A stretch of DNA of 64,000 nucleotides from Octopus vulgaris (taxonomy: Eukaryota): positions 47,120,001-47,184,000 of the forward strand of contig OX597815.1 in the NCBI GenBank assembly GCA_951406725.2, written 5' to 3'. This document shows positions 43,219 through 55,708 of this stretch, piece after piece. The notes beneath the pieces are model-generated. The model made no database searches and was not told where the DNA came from. It worked only from the letters and a program-made list of their open reading frames with translations. Position 1 is the first letter of the stretch. The number at the start of each line of letters is the position of its first letter. Both the position numbers and the translations under genes were made by a program.

Positions 43219-43791
43219 ATACCTGAAAATCTCTGAGAATAACACACTGGATTGTAGGCGAGAAAAGAAAGATAATGAATTACATTTTTGGTTAACCGTG
43301 TACAAGATCCTGTTTCAAGTTTAAAGTAGAAAAATTGCTCTCATCAGCAACGATATTCCATAGTATAAATTTATGAGTATCCACACATACGCATATGAGC
43401 GGCTTCATCACACAGCCAATATATGTACACACTCATAGAAATATATAATAAAGTAGAATTCACACCTCTCTTTTACAACCACATGTAGTATGTCAAGATA
43501 TACTCTACAGTTAATGCAGTTTTGAACAAGGAATACATTTTTCAAATATTAATTACAATAAAGGATAAAAATCATTAATGATTTTACCAGTGGGGTCAGC
43601 CGCTCGTATGCGTATGTGTGAATACTCGTAAATTCATACTACGTTATACCGTTGCTGATGAGAGCAGCAAGTAATATTTTTCTACTTTAAGCTTGTAACA
43701 GGATCTTGTACATGGTTAACCAAAAGCTTAATTCATTATCGTTCTTTTCTCGCCTACAACCCAATGTGTTATTCTCGGAGATTTTCACGTA
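43219..43791. repeat. Inverted repeat (arms ~43219-43405 and ~43598-43791), each arm with a hammerhead motif; probable inverted pLTR pair
   Basis: Left arm, minus strand 43297-43352: cgttg CTGATGA gagc...actt GAAA caggatcttg TA cacg. Right arm, plus strand 43650-43715: same motif with GAAA>GTAA. Confidence 0.75.
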
Positions 43792-44884
43792 GTAATAGCG
43801 TCTTTTGGCGACTATTTTTCCAGCGCGTGGAAGGGCTTATAGCCAATCCCTTGTTATAATTATGTATATAATTATTAAAATATTTGTAAAATTTACCTAT
43901 AATGTTTTAAATGCATTAAATTCTTTTCAGAATGGTGCTATATAATTAACTACCTTACAACAAGTTAAACCTACAACGAGTTCTTAATTAAATAACCTGT
44001 CACAATGGTCGACAACAGGAAAGCCGTAGCACTTTTTTTGAATAACAGATATTCTCTATGTGTTTTTGGATCTCTTTCTAAATAATTTGAGATTTGACAT
44101 ATTTGACGAGTCATTTTGAAACATTTGACAAGTCAGTTTGGCATGTTTGACAAGTCAATGAGTATGTGATGGCTTTAAGGTTATTTTGTGTCACGATTTC
44201 TCTAATTTTTGCTTTGGGTAAAGTATAAGAGCATCGGAGAAGATGCTTCGCTGTATTTGTTGTGGTTCTTGGCATACTGAGTTCAAATCCAGTCTTGTCA
44301 TACTTCGTTGGTAGGCTTAATCACTTGACAAGTTTAGCTCCACCACCTGTCCTCAGTATAGCTTTACCGGACGCCAGTCATTGCTGGTATATAGACCTGG
44401 CCTTCTAGTTGCGTATACCCCCACCTACTTCCCACAAGTCTTAAATGCCATGTAAAGACTCATAGGCTTTGCTTTTCTCTTCTGACTAAAGATATAATGC
44501 AATAAATAAGTTCTTGATAAATGTAACAGTAATGGAATCAGTGAGGACATGTAGAAATACTAGCGAAATCACCCTCATGTTACAACGTGCCAACAAATTC
44601 CGAAAGGCATATGGATGATGTGAGCTAAGCGACCTCATGCGCAAAGATATGATGTGATGTTCATTAGCTTCGACATACGTCTGCTTCTCCATCAACCTTG
44701 ACCTGTATCTAGTCAAAATAATCAACAGCAATGTTATACATAGTCGCGCATTGAAATATATTTATATGTGTGCATATTCTTCGAGGATGGGATAGGATAG
44801 ACGGAGGTAGTGAAAGTATATGACTAAAACAAAGGACAACATTAAGTTCTTTTATACGGACACTTCCACTCACCATATGTTCGT

Positions 44885-44931
44885 GCCATATGTTCGGCTG
44901 TCAAGCGGTGATGGGGTGACAAAGAAACACA

Positions 44932-44981
<50 letters not shown>

Positions 44982-45155
44982 GTATGTATACAGCGGGCTT
45001 CTTTCAGTTTCCGTCTACCAAATCCACTCACAAAGCTTTGGTTGGCCGGAGGCTATATTAGAAGACATTTGTCTAAGACACCATGAAGTGGGACTGAAAC
45101 CCGAACTATGTGATTGGGAAGTAAACTGCTTACTACACAGCCATGCCTGCCCCTA
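44885..45155 (-). mobile_element. SINE family B, partial
   Basis: cgggcttctttcagtttccgtctaccaaatccactcacaaagc. Confidence 0.8.
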
Positions 45156-45156
45156 T

Positions 45157-45171
45157 ATAATAATAATAATC

Positions 45172-45225
<54 letters not shown>

Positions 45226-45277
45226 GTAATAATAATAATGATAGTAATAGTAGTAGTAATAATAATAATGATAATAA

Positions 45278-45351
<74 letters not shown>

Positions 45352-45370
45352 TTATTATTATTATTATTAT

Positions 45371-45423
<53 letters not shown>
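45157..45423. repeat. (AAT)n(AGT)n(ATT)n(AGT)n compound microsatellite
   Basis: Seen directly. Confidence 0.95.
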
Positions 45424-45499
45424 TGGAATATAATTCCAAAACTTACTGGGAAAATTCAATTTAACAATTTTAAATCAAATTTCACAATATATAATATAT

Positions 45500-45703
45500 G
45501 TATATAATTTAGAGGAAAAAACCACTATTAAACAATTCAATAAAGAAAGATGTTATTTACACAATATAGAAAACATATACTATTTACTATTTACTATTTA
45601 TTTTACTTTATTGATTTAAAATAAGGTTTTTTATAGTATATGTTTTCTATATGGTGTGAATAACATCTTTCTTTATTGAATTGTTTAATAGAGGTTTTTC
45701 TCT

Positions 45704-45715
<12 letters not shown>
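45500..45715. repeat. Short inverted repeat (~85-bp arms) ending at (TA)n
   Basis: ctattaaacaattcaataaagaaagatgttatt and aataacatctttctttattgaattgtttaatag. Confidence 0.8.
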
Positions 45716-45744
<29 letters not shown>

Positions 45745-45746
<2 letters not shown>

Positions 45747-46350
45747 TTACTCTTTTAATCTTTTACTTGTTTCAGTCATTTGACTGCGGCCATGCTGGAG
45801 CACCGCCTTTAGTCGAGCAAATCGACCCCGGGACTTATTCTTTGTAAGCCCAGTACTTATTCTATCAGTCTCTTTTGCCGAACCGCTAAGTGACGGGGAC
45901 GTAAACACACCAGCATCGGTTGTCAAGCAATGCTAGGGGGATAAACACAGACACACAAATACACACACATACATATATATATATATACACATATATACGA
46001 CAGGCTTCTATCAGTTTCCGTCTACCAAATCCACTCACAAGGCATTGGTCGGCCCGGGGCTATAGCAGAAGACACTTGCCCTAGATGCCACGCAGTGGGA
46101 CTGAACCCGGAACCATGTGGTTGTTTAGCAAGCTTGCTTGTTTCAGTCATTCAACTGCGGCCATGCTGCTGCACCGCATTGAAGAATTATAGTCGCATGA
46201 ATCAACCCCAGTTGTCTTGAAGCTTGATACTCATGCTATCAGTCTATTTTGCCAAACTGCTTGGTTACAAGGACGTAAACTAACACAGGTTGACAAGCAA
46301 TAGTGGTGGAGCGAGGCACAGATACATACACAAAGACACATACACCCCCC
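45745..46350 (-). mobile_element. Family B SINE plus an older partial copy
   Basis: Near-consensus at 45745-46140; diverged at 46135-46350. Confidence 0.85.
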
Positions 46351-46924
46351 TCTCACATATATATGGATGTAACTTTGTTGCCAAATGTTCGCTTCGTGAT
46401 ATCGGTTGCAGTCCCACAGAACAATGATACACTGAAGATATGTCATCTACTTGACCTTCTGTTTAATCAATGTCACCTTAGTAAATTTGGTACACGGGAA
46501 CTGTATAGAAACCAGTTCTTTAACTATTTATATGAATGTTTATGCGTGTGTGCATACGAGCACAAATCTTAATATTTGTGTTTGCTCCTTTCTCAATGAA
46601 ACGACTCTGTTTACCTCTTGTAATTGATTGCGTACACAAAAAGGGAGGCCAGTGGAATAATAACCAAACTTAAAAGTATTGGGGTGGATTTGTTCCATAA
46701 AATTTGATGGCCATCACTGGAATGGAACTCCTCTCGAACTGCACCGGAATCCTTACGAAGGCTAGCGTCCCAGTCTTCGTAAGCAATGATTTTCATTGCT
46801 GCCGAGCAGCACCGGACAGATAACTTATTAAGTGTATGTCGGAGTAATATTATTCTATAGAATGCGTAGCTCGTAGCCACTGTTACTCTGAATTGTGAGA
46901 TCAAGCTCTGATACTACGGATACC

Positions 46925-47170
46925 CAGTAAGAATGTCTCAAAAAAGAATAGCAGGACAGGTTCTACGGGTAAAACCAAACCAACAGGAGACCCAGCAGTA
47001 GACCGCCAATAAGCTGGTTAAATAACATTTATGAGCTAGGTTTGATCTCGCTCTGGGATCCGACTGGCACAACTGAAAACAATTTCTTGTGACAGAACCC
47101 AGTAGAAGGTGCGCTTCTACCCCTTGATCTTCACCGGAATAAATGGGCGAAGGTAAGATGAGATGAGATT
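46925..47170 (+). mobile_element. RTE-like LINE 3' end with (GATGA)n tail
   Basis: RMSQKRIAGQVLRVKP..RRP..RP...W, followed by gatgagatgagat. Confidence 0.45.
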
Positions 47171-47504
47171 ACTGGAATGTCTTTGGTTACAGGCCTGTTA
47201 CTATACCAAAGTTGATTTAGATCTAAAAGACAACAGCGACAAGAACAACCTTATGCATAGGCACGTAGTACGTAGACTATGGTGGAGTGCTTAATTGAGG
47301 TGTCATAATGTAAATGTCAATATAAGCCTTTCAAAGCGGTGCCTTGGCATTGTTGCAGTCCACTCATTGCCATAAATATAAGAATTTTGCAAGACGTCTC
47401 TTGAGCCCTAGGACTCTGAGGGCCAGTAATCCAGTTTCCAAGGCTTATAACTGACCGAGACTACACCGTTTCCCGTACATGAGGTAATAGTGCATTGCAT
47501 ATTT

Positions 47505-47695
47505 CAAAGCCAGTCATTTTGAAGGGAGCGGGCAAGTCGATTACATTGACTCCAGTACTTGGCTGGTACTTTGTTTTATCAAACTCCGAAAGGGTGAAAG
47601 GCAATTTGACTTTGGCGGTATTTGGACAAGGAACGTAAAGATTCTGAAGAAAGTATTTTGTCCAATATGCTAACGATTCTGCCAGTTACTACCTT
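47505..47695 (-). mobile_element. SINE family A, head-to-head with a family B copy
   Basis: Similarity to the family consensus. Confidence 0.65.
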
Positions 47696-48078
47696 TGGCG
47701 CAGGAGTGGCTGTGTGGTAAGTTGCTTGCTTGCCAACCACACGGTTCCGGGTTCAGTCCCACTGCGTGGCACCTTGGGCCGACCAAAGCCTTGTGAGTGG
47801 ATTTGGTAGACGGAAACTGAAAGAAGCCCATCGTATATATATATATGCATGTGTGTGTATATGTTTATGTGTCTGTGTTTGTCCCCCCCCCCTAAAATCG
47901 CTTGACAACCGATGGTGGTGTGTTTACGCCCCAGTAACTTAGAGGTTCCGCAAAAGAGACCGATAGAATAAGTACTAGGTTTACAAAGAATAAGTCCTGG
48001 GGTCGATGTGTTTGACTAAAGGCGGTGCAGTCAAATGGCCGCAGTCAAATGACTGAAACAAGTAAAGACTAAAGAGTA
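47696..48078 (+). mobile_element. SINE family B
   Basis: Full head and tail, with a small internal deletion. Confidence 0.85.
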
Positions 48079-48851
48079 CACGTGAGTACACATAGAAACA
48101 TAGTCACAAACGTAGCGAATTAGAATATAACCAAACCAAAGGCGGAGTCTTTACGTGGCCATTCAAAGTGATTGAAATACCAGCCCAATCTACTATTTTA
48201 AATATTTGACAATCATAGATAAGAGCACCTTAAATAACGTGGTTCTATATTCCCTGGGCATACGAAAAAAAAGAGAAAAAGCAAAAACGACAGGATAGTC
48301 ATGACTATTACCTTTGATCATAGGTCTGAGCCATCATACCTGACCTGTGGCTAAACGGAAACCCAACAGCGGTAACAACATAGAAATGTAACAAAAACAA
48401 CAAAACAAACAATAATAGTAATTCTAACAGAAAAATAAACTAGTAAAATTGTGAACGATATAAAAATAGTCTATAAAAATACCATAAAATAAATACATAA
48501 GAACAGAAGGAAAAAGGAAAAAAATGACATTGTAGAGGAACATGGTAATTAAATGTTGACAGGATTCTTTGAACGTTAGAGCTAAATCCACTGTTTAGAA
48601 ACATGCCAAATTCCTCATTGGCTATCTCCCAAAATCTTACGTGGGAACCATGCCAGCCAATTAGAGCGATATAATAATGTTTGTGTTGAATGTTTAATTC
48701 TAATGAAAATATATGTTTTTCTTTTTGACTTGTGCAGATATACATAGATATGTACAGACTGACACGTATATATTTTTATAGTCACACACACACACACATG
48801 TGCACACACCATACACACATACATACATACATACATACATACATACATACA

Positions 48852-48882
<31 letters not shown>

Positions 48883-49849
48883 GCGAATACATGCACACAA
48901 ATATGTGTGTCTGTAAGTTATTCGTCGATATGCTAAGAGACAAAATCTAATATATTTGTTCAGGCTCTATATTGAATTATTTCATATACAGTACACACAC
49001 ATAAACACACACACCGTCTGTCTATCCATGTATTTGCGTGTATATATCTGTCTGTAGGGTGCGTATCATAACAATAAAATATTTATCAATTGTAGCAATT
49101 ACTATATTAATTTAATACACACTTCTATATACATGCGTAGTGTATGTCATATATATATATATATATATATGTATATATGTACACAAAGAGAGAGGGAGAG
49201 AAAGAAAGAGACAGAGGAGAGAGAGGGAGAGAGGCACAATGTATACTACATACATATTCATGATTATAACAGAAATGATGTAAACTCTAAGCTGAAATTC
49301 GGTTTAAGTCCGGCTTTATTTATTGAACATTTCTCGAGCTTCTATTGACAAACTGTACAAATAGTAGTATACAAGGATATTTACAGCAACAGCATTAGGT
49401 AATAACTGTGGCATAATGAGGTAATAACTGGTGATTCAACCATTTTGATGTATTCCAGCGTTATTTATATAATCTTTTATGCCCTCGCCAAATATATACG
49501 TATAGCTACATATATGATACTGAATATGTATTAGCGACAGAGGTAGAATTAATACGGAGGGTTAAAATTTATCCCCACTTAAACGTGGAAGTCCTGTTAG
49601 AACAAACTATACTGCAGTAGATGCCATGAGAGAAACTTTAATATTAGCTCGAGGCTATAGTAGAACACATTTGCCTCGGGTGCCTCGCACTTGGCCTGAA
49701 CACGGAGCCATATGTCTGGGAAGTAACTTTTACCACACAGTCTTGGCTGTGCGAATGTAAGCAACACCTGAGACTCGCTCTCTCTCCTTCCCCCTCTATT
49801 CTCTCTCCTCTCTTCCCCCCTCTTCCCTCCCCCTCTTTCTATATATATA

Positions 49850-50781
49850 TAATTCCAAGAGAGTTAGAAGTTGTGAAGCTAACCAACTAAGGGATAATAT
49901 CTATCCAATATACTACTGGTATAATACCCAATTATTAATACACAAGTGGTTTTTCATTGCATGGCAATTACACTACTGAATGTAATAAATAAGTGAGGGT
50001 GAAATCCTTAATTTATACAACAATAAGAAAATGGAGGGGATCAAGAGGTGGTATTCATCAACTTTTAGATATTATATTATATCTATTTATTTATTCAAAA
50101 ATAACAATTATAACAATATACATACATGTATAACATTTTATGCTTTACATATATAAAAATACCAGTAATTATTAAAATATATAACGTAGAACATAGAAAG
50201 TAGTATAGTTCCTTACGGTTGTTTCAACCAAGAGGTCATAGTACCCCACTTTACTTCCATCCCTTCGGTGAACTGAAGTATTTGGTAGATAGGAGTAAGA
50301 TACTTGGGTGTATCTCTAGGCTTCGTCAAAGAGTTTAGAAAGTTCATAAGGTTACGTTATAAATATAAATACATACATATATAAAGACTTTTACATATAC
50401 ATACATATACATAAATCTACATAAATACATATCTATACGTTTATATTTATATGTATATGCATACAAACGAATCAATTATTATTATTATTAGGTGTATTAT
50501 ATTATTCTTATTAGATAAAGTGTAAACACAGGACAGAGAAAATTATCTTAAAATAATAATCTATATTAAAATTTTTGTAGTTTTGTAGGAATGAAAAGGT
50601 ATATAAATGAGGAATACACAAACATACACAGACACAGAAAGACAGACAGACAGACATACACACACACACACATAATTATGTACAAACATACCCTAAGGTA
50701 CATACATATTTCATGTATTGAGAAGGGAGGATTACTGTAGTAGTTCGTATTTTGATTTTTATATTATTATAATAATTATAC

Positions 50782-50854
<73 letters not shown>

Positions 50855-51289
50855 CAAACATGCGATATGTTTTCTTTTGAGGGATTGAGATAAAGGTCCA
50901 CAATTAGTGGTTTAGAGTTTATATCAATACCTGTGATATTTGTCGGTACTAAAAGTAATAAATTTCCGGGTGTTAATCAAGACACTTTATTATTTTCTGT
51001 TAGTTTTTGTTTATCGAGTTGCTGAAATCCTGCAGGAAGTGGGAAGTGGGGTTATGGTCAGTCCCGTAATCTAATTAGTCATCTATTTAGGAAGGCCATG
51101 ACTTTGTTATGGTTGGTTAATGGCCAACCGATAACATAAACAACAAAGTAGACAAAAATATATAAATGTATACAAATAAAAAACAAATAATCCGAGGTTA
51201 ACTGTTAGTAGGTAGGATAGTAAAAGTCAATAAAGCAATTAATATAGGGATATATATTAATTTCTTAATATATATCCCTATATTAATTG
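49850..51289 (-). mobile_element. Decayed PLE-like non-coding remnant with a degenerate hammerhead at ~50209-50334
   Basis: Minus strand reads actct TTGACGA agcctagag...ctcttggtt GAAA caaccg TA agg. Starts at a (TA)n run; boundaries are approximate. Confidence 0.45.
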
Positions 51290-52405
51290 ACCTTCTTCAC
51301 TACCTCTTCTACTTCTTTCCAGAATGGACAGTTGATTTTAAGCTTGTTTCATAATAATTCAGTGACATTTGGGTTCTCATCGAGTTTGTGTTCTGCAGTT
51401 GTCATTGTGGGTTTCCCTCAGAAACGTATCTACATCTTTTCTGGAGCTGGTCGATTGCCCTGATTTAGTCTCACCCAATAGCGTTTGGGTGAACTTAAAA
51501 TAGTTCCTGATTAACCATGCCCTTTTTCTCTCCTTTAGTTTCTTCCGCTTCCGGTTGCTTTCCTCCCTTCTAAGCCAATTTAGACGTTCTCGGAGCTGAG
51601 TTGTGAAGTTCTTGATACCTTTCCTTTCTTCGTCAGGTGCTCCTTTATACTGATTATTGAGTCTCTTGATTTCTCCCCTCAAGTGATGCCTCTCTCTTTC
51701 TCTTCTGCTCATATCCTTTCTGACTGCCGTGATAACCGGTCTGTTTTCTGTTTCGAAGCGATCTTTCGCTATATTGAATATGATAGTTACAAGAGCATTC
51801 GCATTTTGCTCAGTTGTACCTGCTAGCGTGCATTCTAATATTTTGTCGAGGTGTTGGTTTAGTTGTTTCATTCATCTTGCGACATATTGTTCGATGTATC
51901 GCTGGATGGGACTGACCGTCTGGGGTGGTGGTATTTGGGTTGGTCGTACCATCCGAGGACTTGGGTTTAAACTGGCGCTGAGAGACTTCCAGTTCTGTAG
52001 GGTGCTTCCTGCCTGTGGCGTTCTCCTGTGTTTCAGCAGGTGTTACCATTGTACGCTGTACCTGTGGTTACTCTTTTCTACAGCCGGACTTGGTTCGGTG
52101 TACATTGAACCTTTTCGTATAATTGTAGATTTTCCGCAGCGACATATTGCTTTCAATATCTTCTCATTAATGAGGTTTGAGGCAGTCTCTGTGTCCCTAA
52201 ATACTTCCTGGTCGTTACTACTGAATCTGCCATGATAAGTCTCTCATCCTCTCCACCCTCTAAGGAGACACTTGGTGTGTCGCTTGATCATGATTTATGT
52301 AACCGATTGGGTGCTTTTCGCAAGGGCTGTGCTTGACGTTGTTAGCGTCATAGGCCCATGCCCAACTTTCCTGGTAGACACTGGTTTCCCAGAACCGAAT
52401 GTTAT
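51290..52405 (-). mobile_element. 5' part of a HERO-like RLE non-LTR retrotransposon, decayed
   Basis: ORF 51377-51871 (RRERE..LR.EIK.L..QYK.A..EER.GI..LRERL..LRR.E...F.FT..LLG..KSG..DV..FL.ETH.D) resembles the pre-RT region of HERO elements, recognised from memory. A CRCGK remnant lies upstream. Confidence 0.6.
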
Positions 52406-52442
52406 TAATAAAACCTAGAGAGTGCTTCTTTTCCATTCATAA

Positions 52443-52479
<37 letters not shown>

Positions 52480-52565
52480 CACACACACAAACATCATATA
52501 TATGAATATATATATGTATGTATATATATATGTATATATATATATATGTATATATAAATGTATGT

Positions 52566-52597
<32 letters not shown>

Positions 52598-52675
52598 ATA
52601 TATATATATATACGTATATATGTGTATATATATGTATACATATATATATATATATATATATATAAATATATATAC

Positions 52676-52712
<37 letters not shown>

Positions 52713-52841
52713 TAAAAAGAATTCCAACCTTGTCTGATTTTCACGTTTTATTTACAATCTTATAATGATATATTATAAGATAATATATTATAATTGAATA
52801 AAATAAAATGAAATAGTAGAATGTTAAATATTCATTCTGAT

Positions 52842-52886
52842 TGAACTAGTACTTTCATGCATTGAATTCTGCAATCTTCGGGTTCA
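52842..52886 (-). ncRNA. Minimal type I hammerhead variant, 3' pLTR copy
   Basis: Reverse complement of 59351-59395. Confidence 0.7.
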
Positions 52887-53380
52887 TGTAGTAGTGTTGA
52901 CAGTCATGCTTCACAATTTTTGACTGTAGCAAGATGAGTGATTCTGTGCTATAAATACAGCTGGGTAGGCTCCAGAGTGCTAGGTTTTGCAAACTGTATT
53001 CTGACCAATCAGTGTGTAGTATCACTCAATTACTTAAGCTGATTGGTTGGTTGAGCTGATTGGTTTAGGCATCACGCTTTGTTGGACAGGTCAAGAGTCC
53101 TGTATCTTGACCCTGGCCGAAGCAGCAATTGTTGGGTTATTTTTAGAAATGTTGTAAATATCCTTTGTCAGAGATTTTTATATTTTTATATTTCAATTGT
53201 CATCATCATCATTGTCAGCACCTTAATTATTGTTGCTAGTGGTGATGGTGGTGGCAATAGAACTTTTAACCCTAAATAAGATAATTTTCCTGCTATCTTC
53301 GTCTTGATCACCTTTAGTATTGTTGTTGTTGTTAGTGGTCATGGTCGTAGCAGTGGAAGTAATACCTCTAAGTATTATTA

Positions 53381-55708
53381 TTATTGCTTATTTAGCTTGG
53401 GTTCGAATTTATCAATAAAATTCTTTTCTCTGATTTTCCTCTCGATTTCACTTGGGCTGTGTAATTTGTAGAATGGAAATATTATATATATTTTCCGACC
53501 ACATGTTGCTAGGTGGTTACTCAAAGGTATCTGACGGACCTCTGGGTCTCTAATCTGTTGCCGGTGTACACGTGAGCGTTCTAATAGTGCGTTTCCCGTC
53601 TGACCTACATATATTTCTTCACAATTTGGGCATTTGATGCAGTAAATTAAATTTCTGCTTTTGCAGTTCATATTCGCGTTTGTGAATATTTTCCCGGTTT
53701 TTGTGTTTATATATTGACCGGTATGTATGAATTGGCATGTGCCACATCGGCTATCATTGCATTTAGATACCGTGAATGTTTGGTCTTTGTTGCTGAGGTC
53801 AAATTTTGCCTTTGTTAGTAATGTTTTCAAGTTTTTAGGCTGTCTTTTACTAAGCACCATAGCTCGATCCTTGATTATGTCTTTTAATTCATTACTTTGG
53901 GCAATGATTGGTAGGTTTGCTTTGGCAATGTTGAAGATATTCTGGTGACATGGGTTGTGTGTCACTATGAATGGTATGACTTGTTCTTGTTTTCCTCTTC
54001 CTTGGGTTGTCCTAAGTTGTTGTATAGGTATTTTTATAGCCCGCTGTATGCCATTTTCTATAAGTAGAGATGGGTATTTTTGTTTGAGCAAAAATTCTCT
54101 TAGTTCTATTAGGCGTTTGTTCCTGATATTTGCATCTTCTACAATAGTACAAATTCTTCTGGCTAGGCAGTATGGGATGTTACGTTTTGTATGTGGTGGA
54201 TGGCACGACTTAAAATTTAGGTATTGATGTGTGTCTGTGTGTTTATAGTATATATCTGTGGTGATGGTGGTGTCTTTTTTAATTACCATTATATCCAGGA
54301 ATGGTAATTTGGTACTACTCATCTCCTTTGTAAATTTGAGAGATGGGTGTAGGTTGTTCAGGAGGATATTGAACTCTTCCAGAGTATTTAGAGATTCTGT
54401 CCAGATTATGAAACAGTCGTCTAGGTATCTCTTCCATGCCTTTTCAATATACTTTCTAAATCCAGTGCCATAGTTTACCTCCACCTCTTGGTAGAGTTGT
54501 TCTTCTAAGTATCCCATTACAGAGTTGGCGTAAACGGGAGCAAACCTCGTTCCCATCGCCGTGCCTCTAATTTGGATGTAATTCTTTCCATTGAAGAAGA
54601 ATGTGTTATTTTCTAGAATAAGTTTGACTGTGTCTAATATAAATGGCACTGTGAATCTGCTGGGAATCACTTCTCTATGTTTTTCTAACCAGTATTTAAT
54701 CGCCTTTATTCCTAAATCGTGTGGAATATTGGTGTAGAGGCTTACCACATCAAAACTTAGTAAAACTGAATTTGTTTCTGTTGTTTTGGGAAGATGGGAC
54801 AGGAAGTCGATGTCATCCCTGATGAAACTTGGTATGTAAGTACATAGTGGTTTCAAAACAATGTCAATAAAATTGCTTAGACGGTGTGTAGGGCATGCTG
54901 GACCAGCTATAATAGGTCTAAGTTTTAGGTCTTTTGGATGTAATAATTTTATGTACTCACTTTCTTGTTCTTTTACTGCCTGTTGAATGTTTTTTGATTT
55001 GTGTATTTTTGGTAAGCCGTAGAAGTTGCTGGGTTTTGGTTCAAAATTGGTGATGTAGTCTTTTTCATTATCCGTAAGTGAGTTGTGGTGTGTTGAAATC
55101 AGGTTGTTGATCTTTTTCATGATGTGGTGGTCTATATTTGCGGGTATTTCACAATAGAAGGTTGTATCCTTCAGTTGGTCTTCAACCAAATCCTTATAGT
55201 ATTCGGTATCCATAATAACAATTGCACCACCTTTATCTGCTTGTTTAATTATTATTGTTTGATCGTTTTGTATACGTTTACATGCAGACATCTCTGATTT
55301 GCTAATGTTTGGCCTAACATTGGTATTGCGTCTAAGGGGAAATTTAGACAGGATATCAATGTATTGGTCAAGGTAGTTATTTCTTCCTTTTGGTGGGGTG
55401 AAATTTGATTTATTCCTTACTAGGGATTCATCAATCTCATTACTTTTGTTAGCGAAGAATTCTACAAGTCGTAATTTTCGACAGAATTTTTGGATATCCT
55501 CCTTTAATTCTTGGTGGTTGGCTGTTGGTGTAGGTGTGAATTTCAGTCCTTTTGACAGAAGTTGGATTTCATCATTGTCAAGATCTCTTTTTGATAAATT
55601 AATTATTTTAGGATCTATACGTTCAGTTGTTTGGGGTATGTTTCCTCTTGGATTTTTTCTTTCTCCGGTGTTTGTTGTCCTGACGTAAAAAAATGGATTT
55701 TTTTCTGG
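53381..55708 (-). CDS. PLE reverse transcriptase + GIY-YIG endonuclease (frame open from 55708; first Met at 55291, 636 aa)
   Basis: RT motifs: ADKGG, FYGLPKIHK...LRPII, SFDVVSLYTNIP, GTAMGTRFAPVYAN, WKRYLDDCF, LPFLD. Cys linker CNDSRCGTC; GIY-YIG IYCIKCPNC..IYVGQT..R..H..H..RE..LN. The 139 Met-less codons upstream encode the PLE N-terminal motif IINLS..L..DEIQLLSKGLKFTPTP. Confidence 0.95.
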   Translation of the reverse strand, partial: PEKNPFFYVRTTNTGERKNPRGNIPQTTERIDPKIINLSKRDLDNDEIQLLSKGLKFTPTPTANHQELKEDIQKFCRKLRLVEFFANKSNEIDESLVRNKSNFTPPKGRNNYLDQYIDILSKFPLRRNTNVRPNISKSEMSACKRIQNDQTIIIKQADKGGAIVIMDTEYYKDLVEDQLKDTTFYCEIPANIDHHIMKKINNLISTHHNSLTDNEKDYITNFEPKPSNFYGLPKIHKSKNIQQAVKEQESEYIKLLHPKDLKLRPIIAGPACPTHRLSNFIDIVLKPLCTYIPSFIRDDIDFLSHLPKTTETNSVLLSFDVVSLYTNIPHDLGIKAIKYWLEKHREVIPSRFTVPFILDTVKLILENNTFFFNGKNYIQIRGTAMGTRFAPVYANSVMGYLEEQLYQEVEVNYGTGFRKYIEKAWKRYLDDCFIIWTESLNTLEEFNILLNNLHPSLKFTKEMSSTKLPFLDIMVIKKDTTITTDIYYKHTDTHQYLNFKSCHPPHTKRNIPYCLARRICTIVEDANIRNKRLIELREFLLKQKYPSLLIENGIQRAIKIPIQQLRTTQGRGKQEQVIPFIVTHNPCHQNIFNIAKANLPIIAQSNELKDIIKDRAMVLSKRQPKNLKTLLTKAKFDLSNKDQTFTVSKCNDSRCGTCQFIHTGQYINTKTGKIFTNANMNCKSRNLIYCIKCPNCEEIYVGQTGNALLERSRVHRQQIRDPEVRQIPLSNHLATCGRKIYIIFPFYKLHSPSEIERKIREKNFIDKFEPKLNKQ

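Noticed and set aside
44090-44160. Three or four ~20-bp repeats (tttgacaagtca)
   Set aside because: Short degenerate minisatellite without unique spacers; not CRISPR, and the context is eukaryotic.
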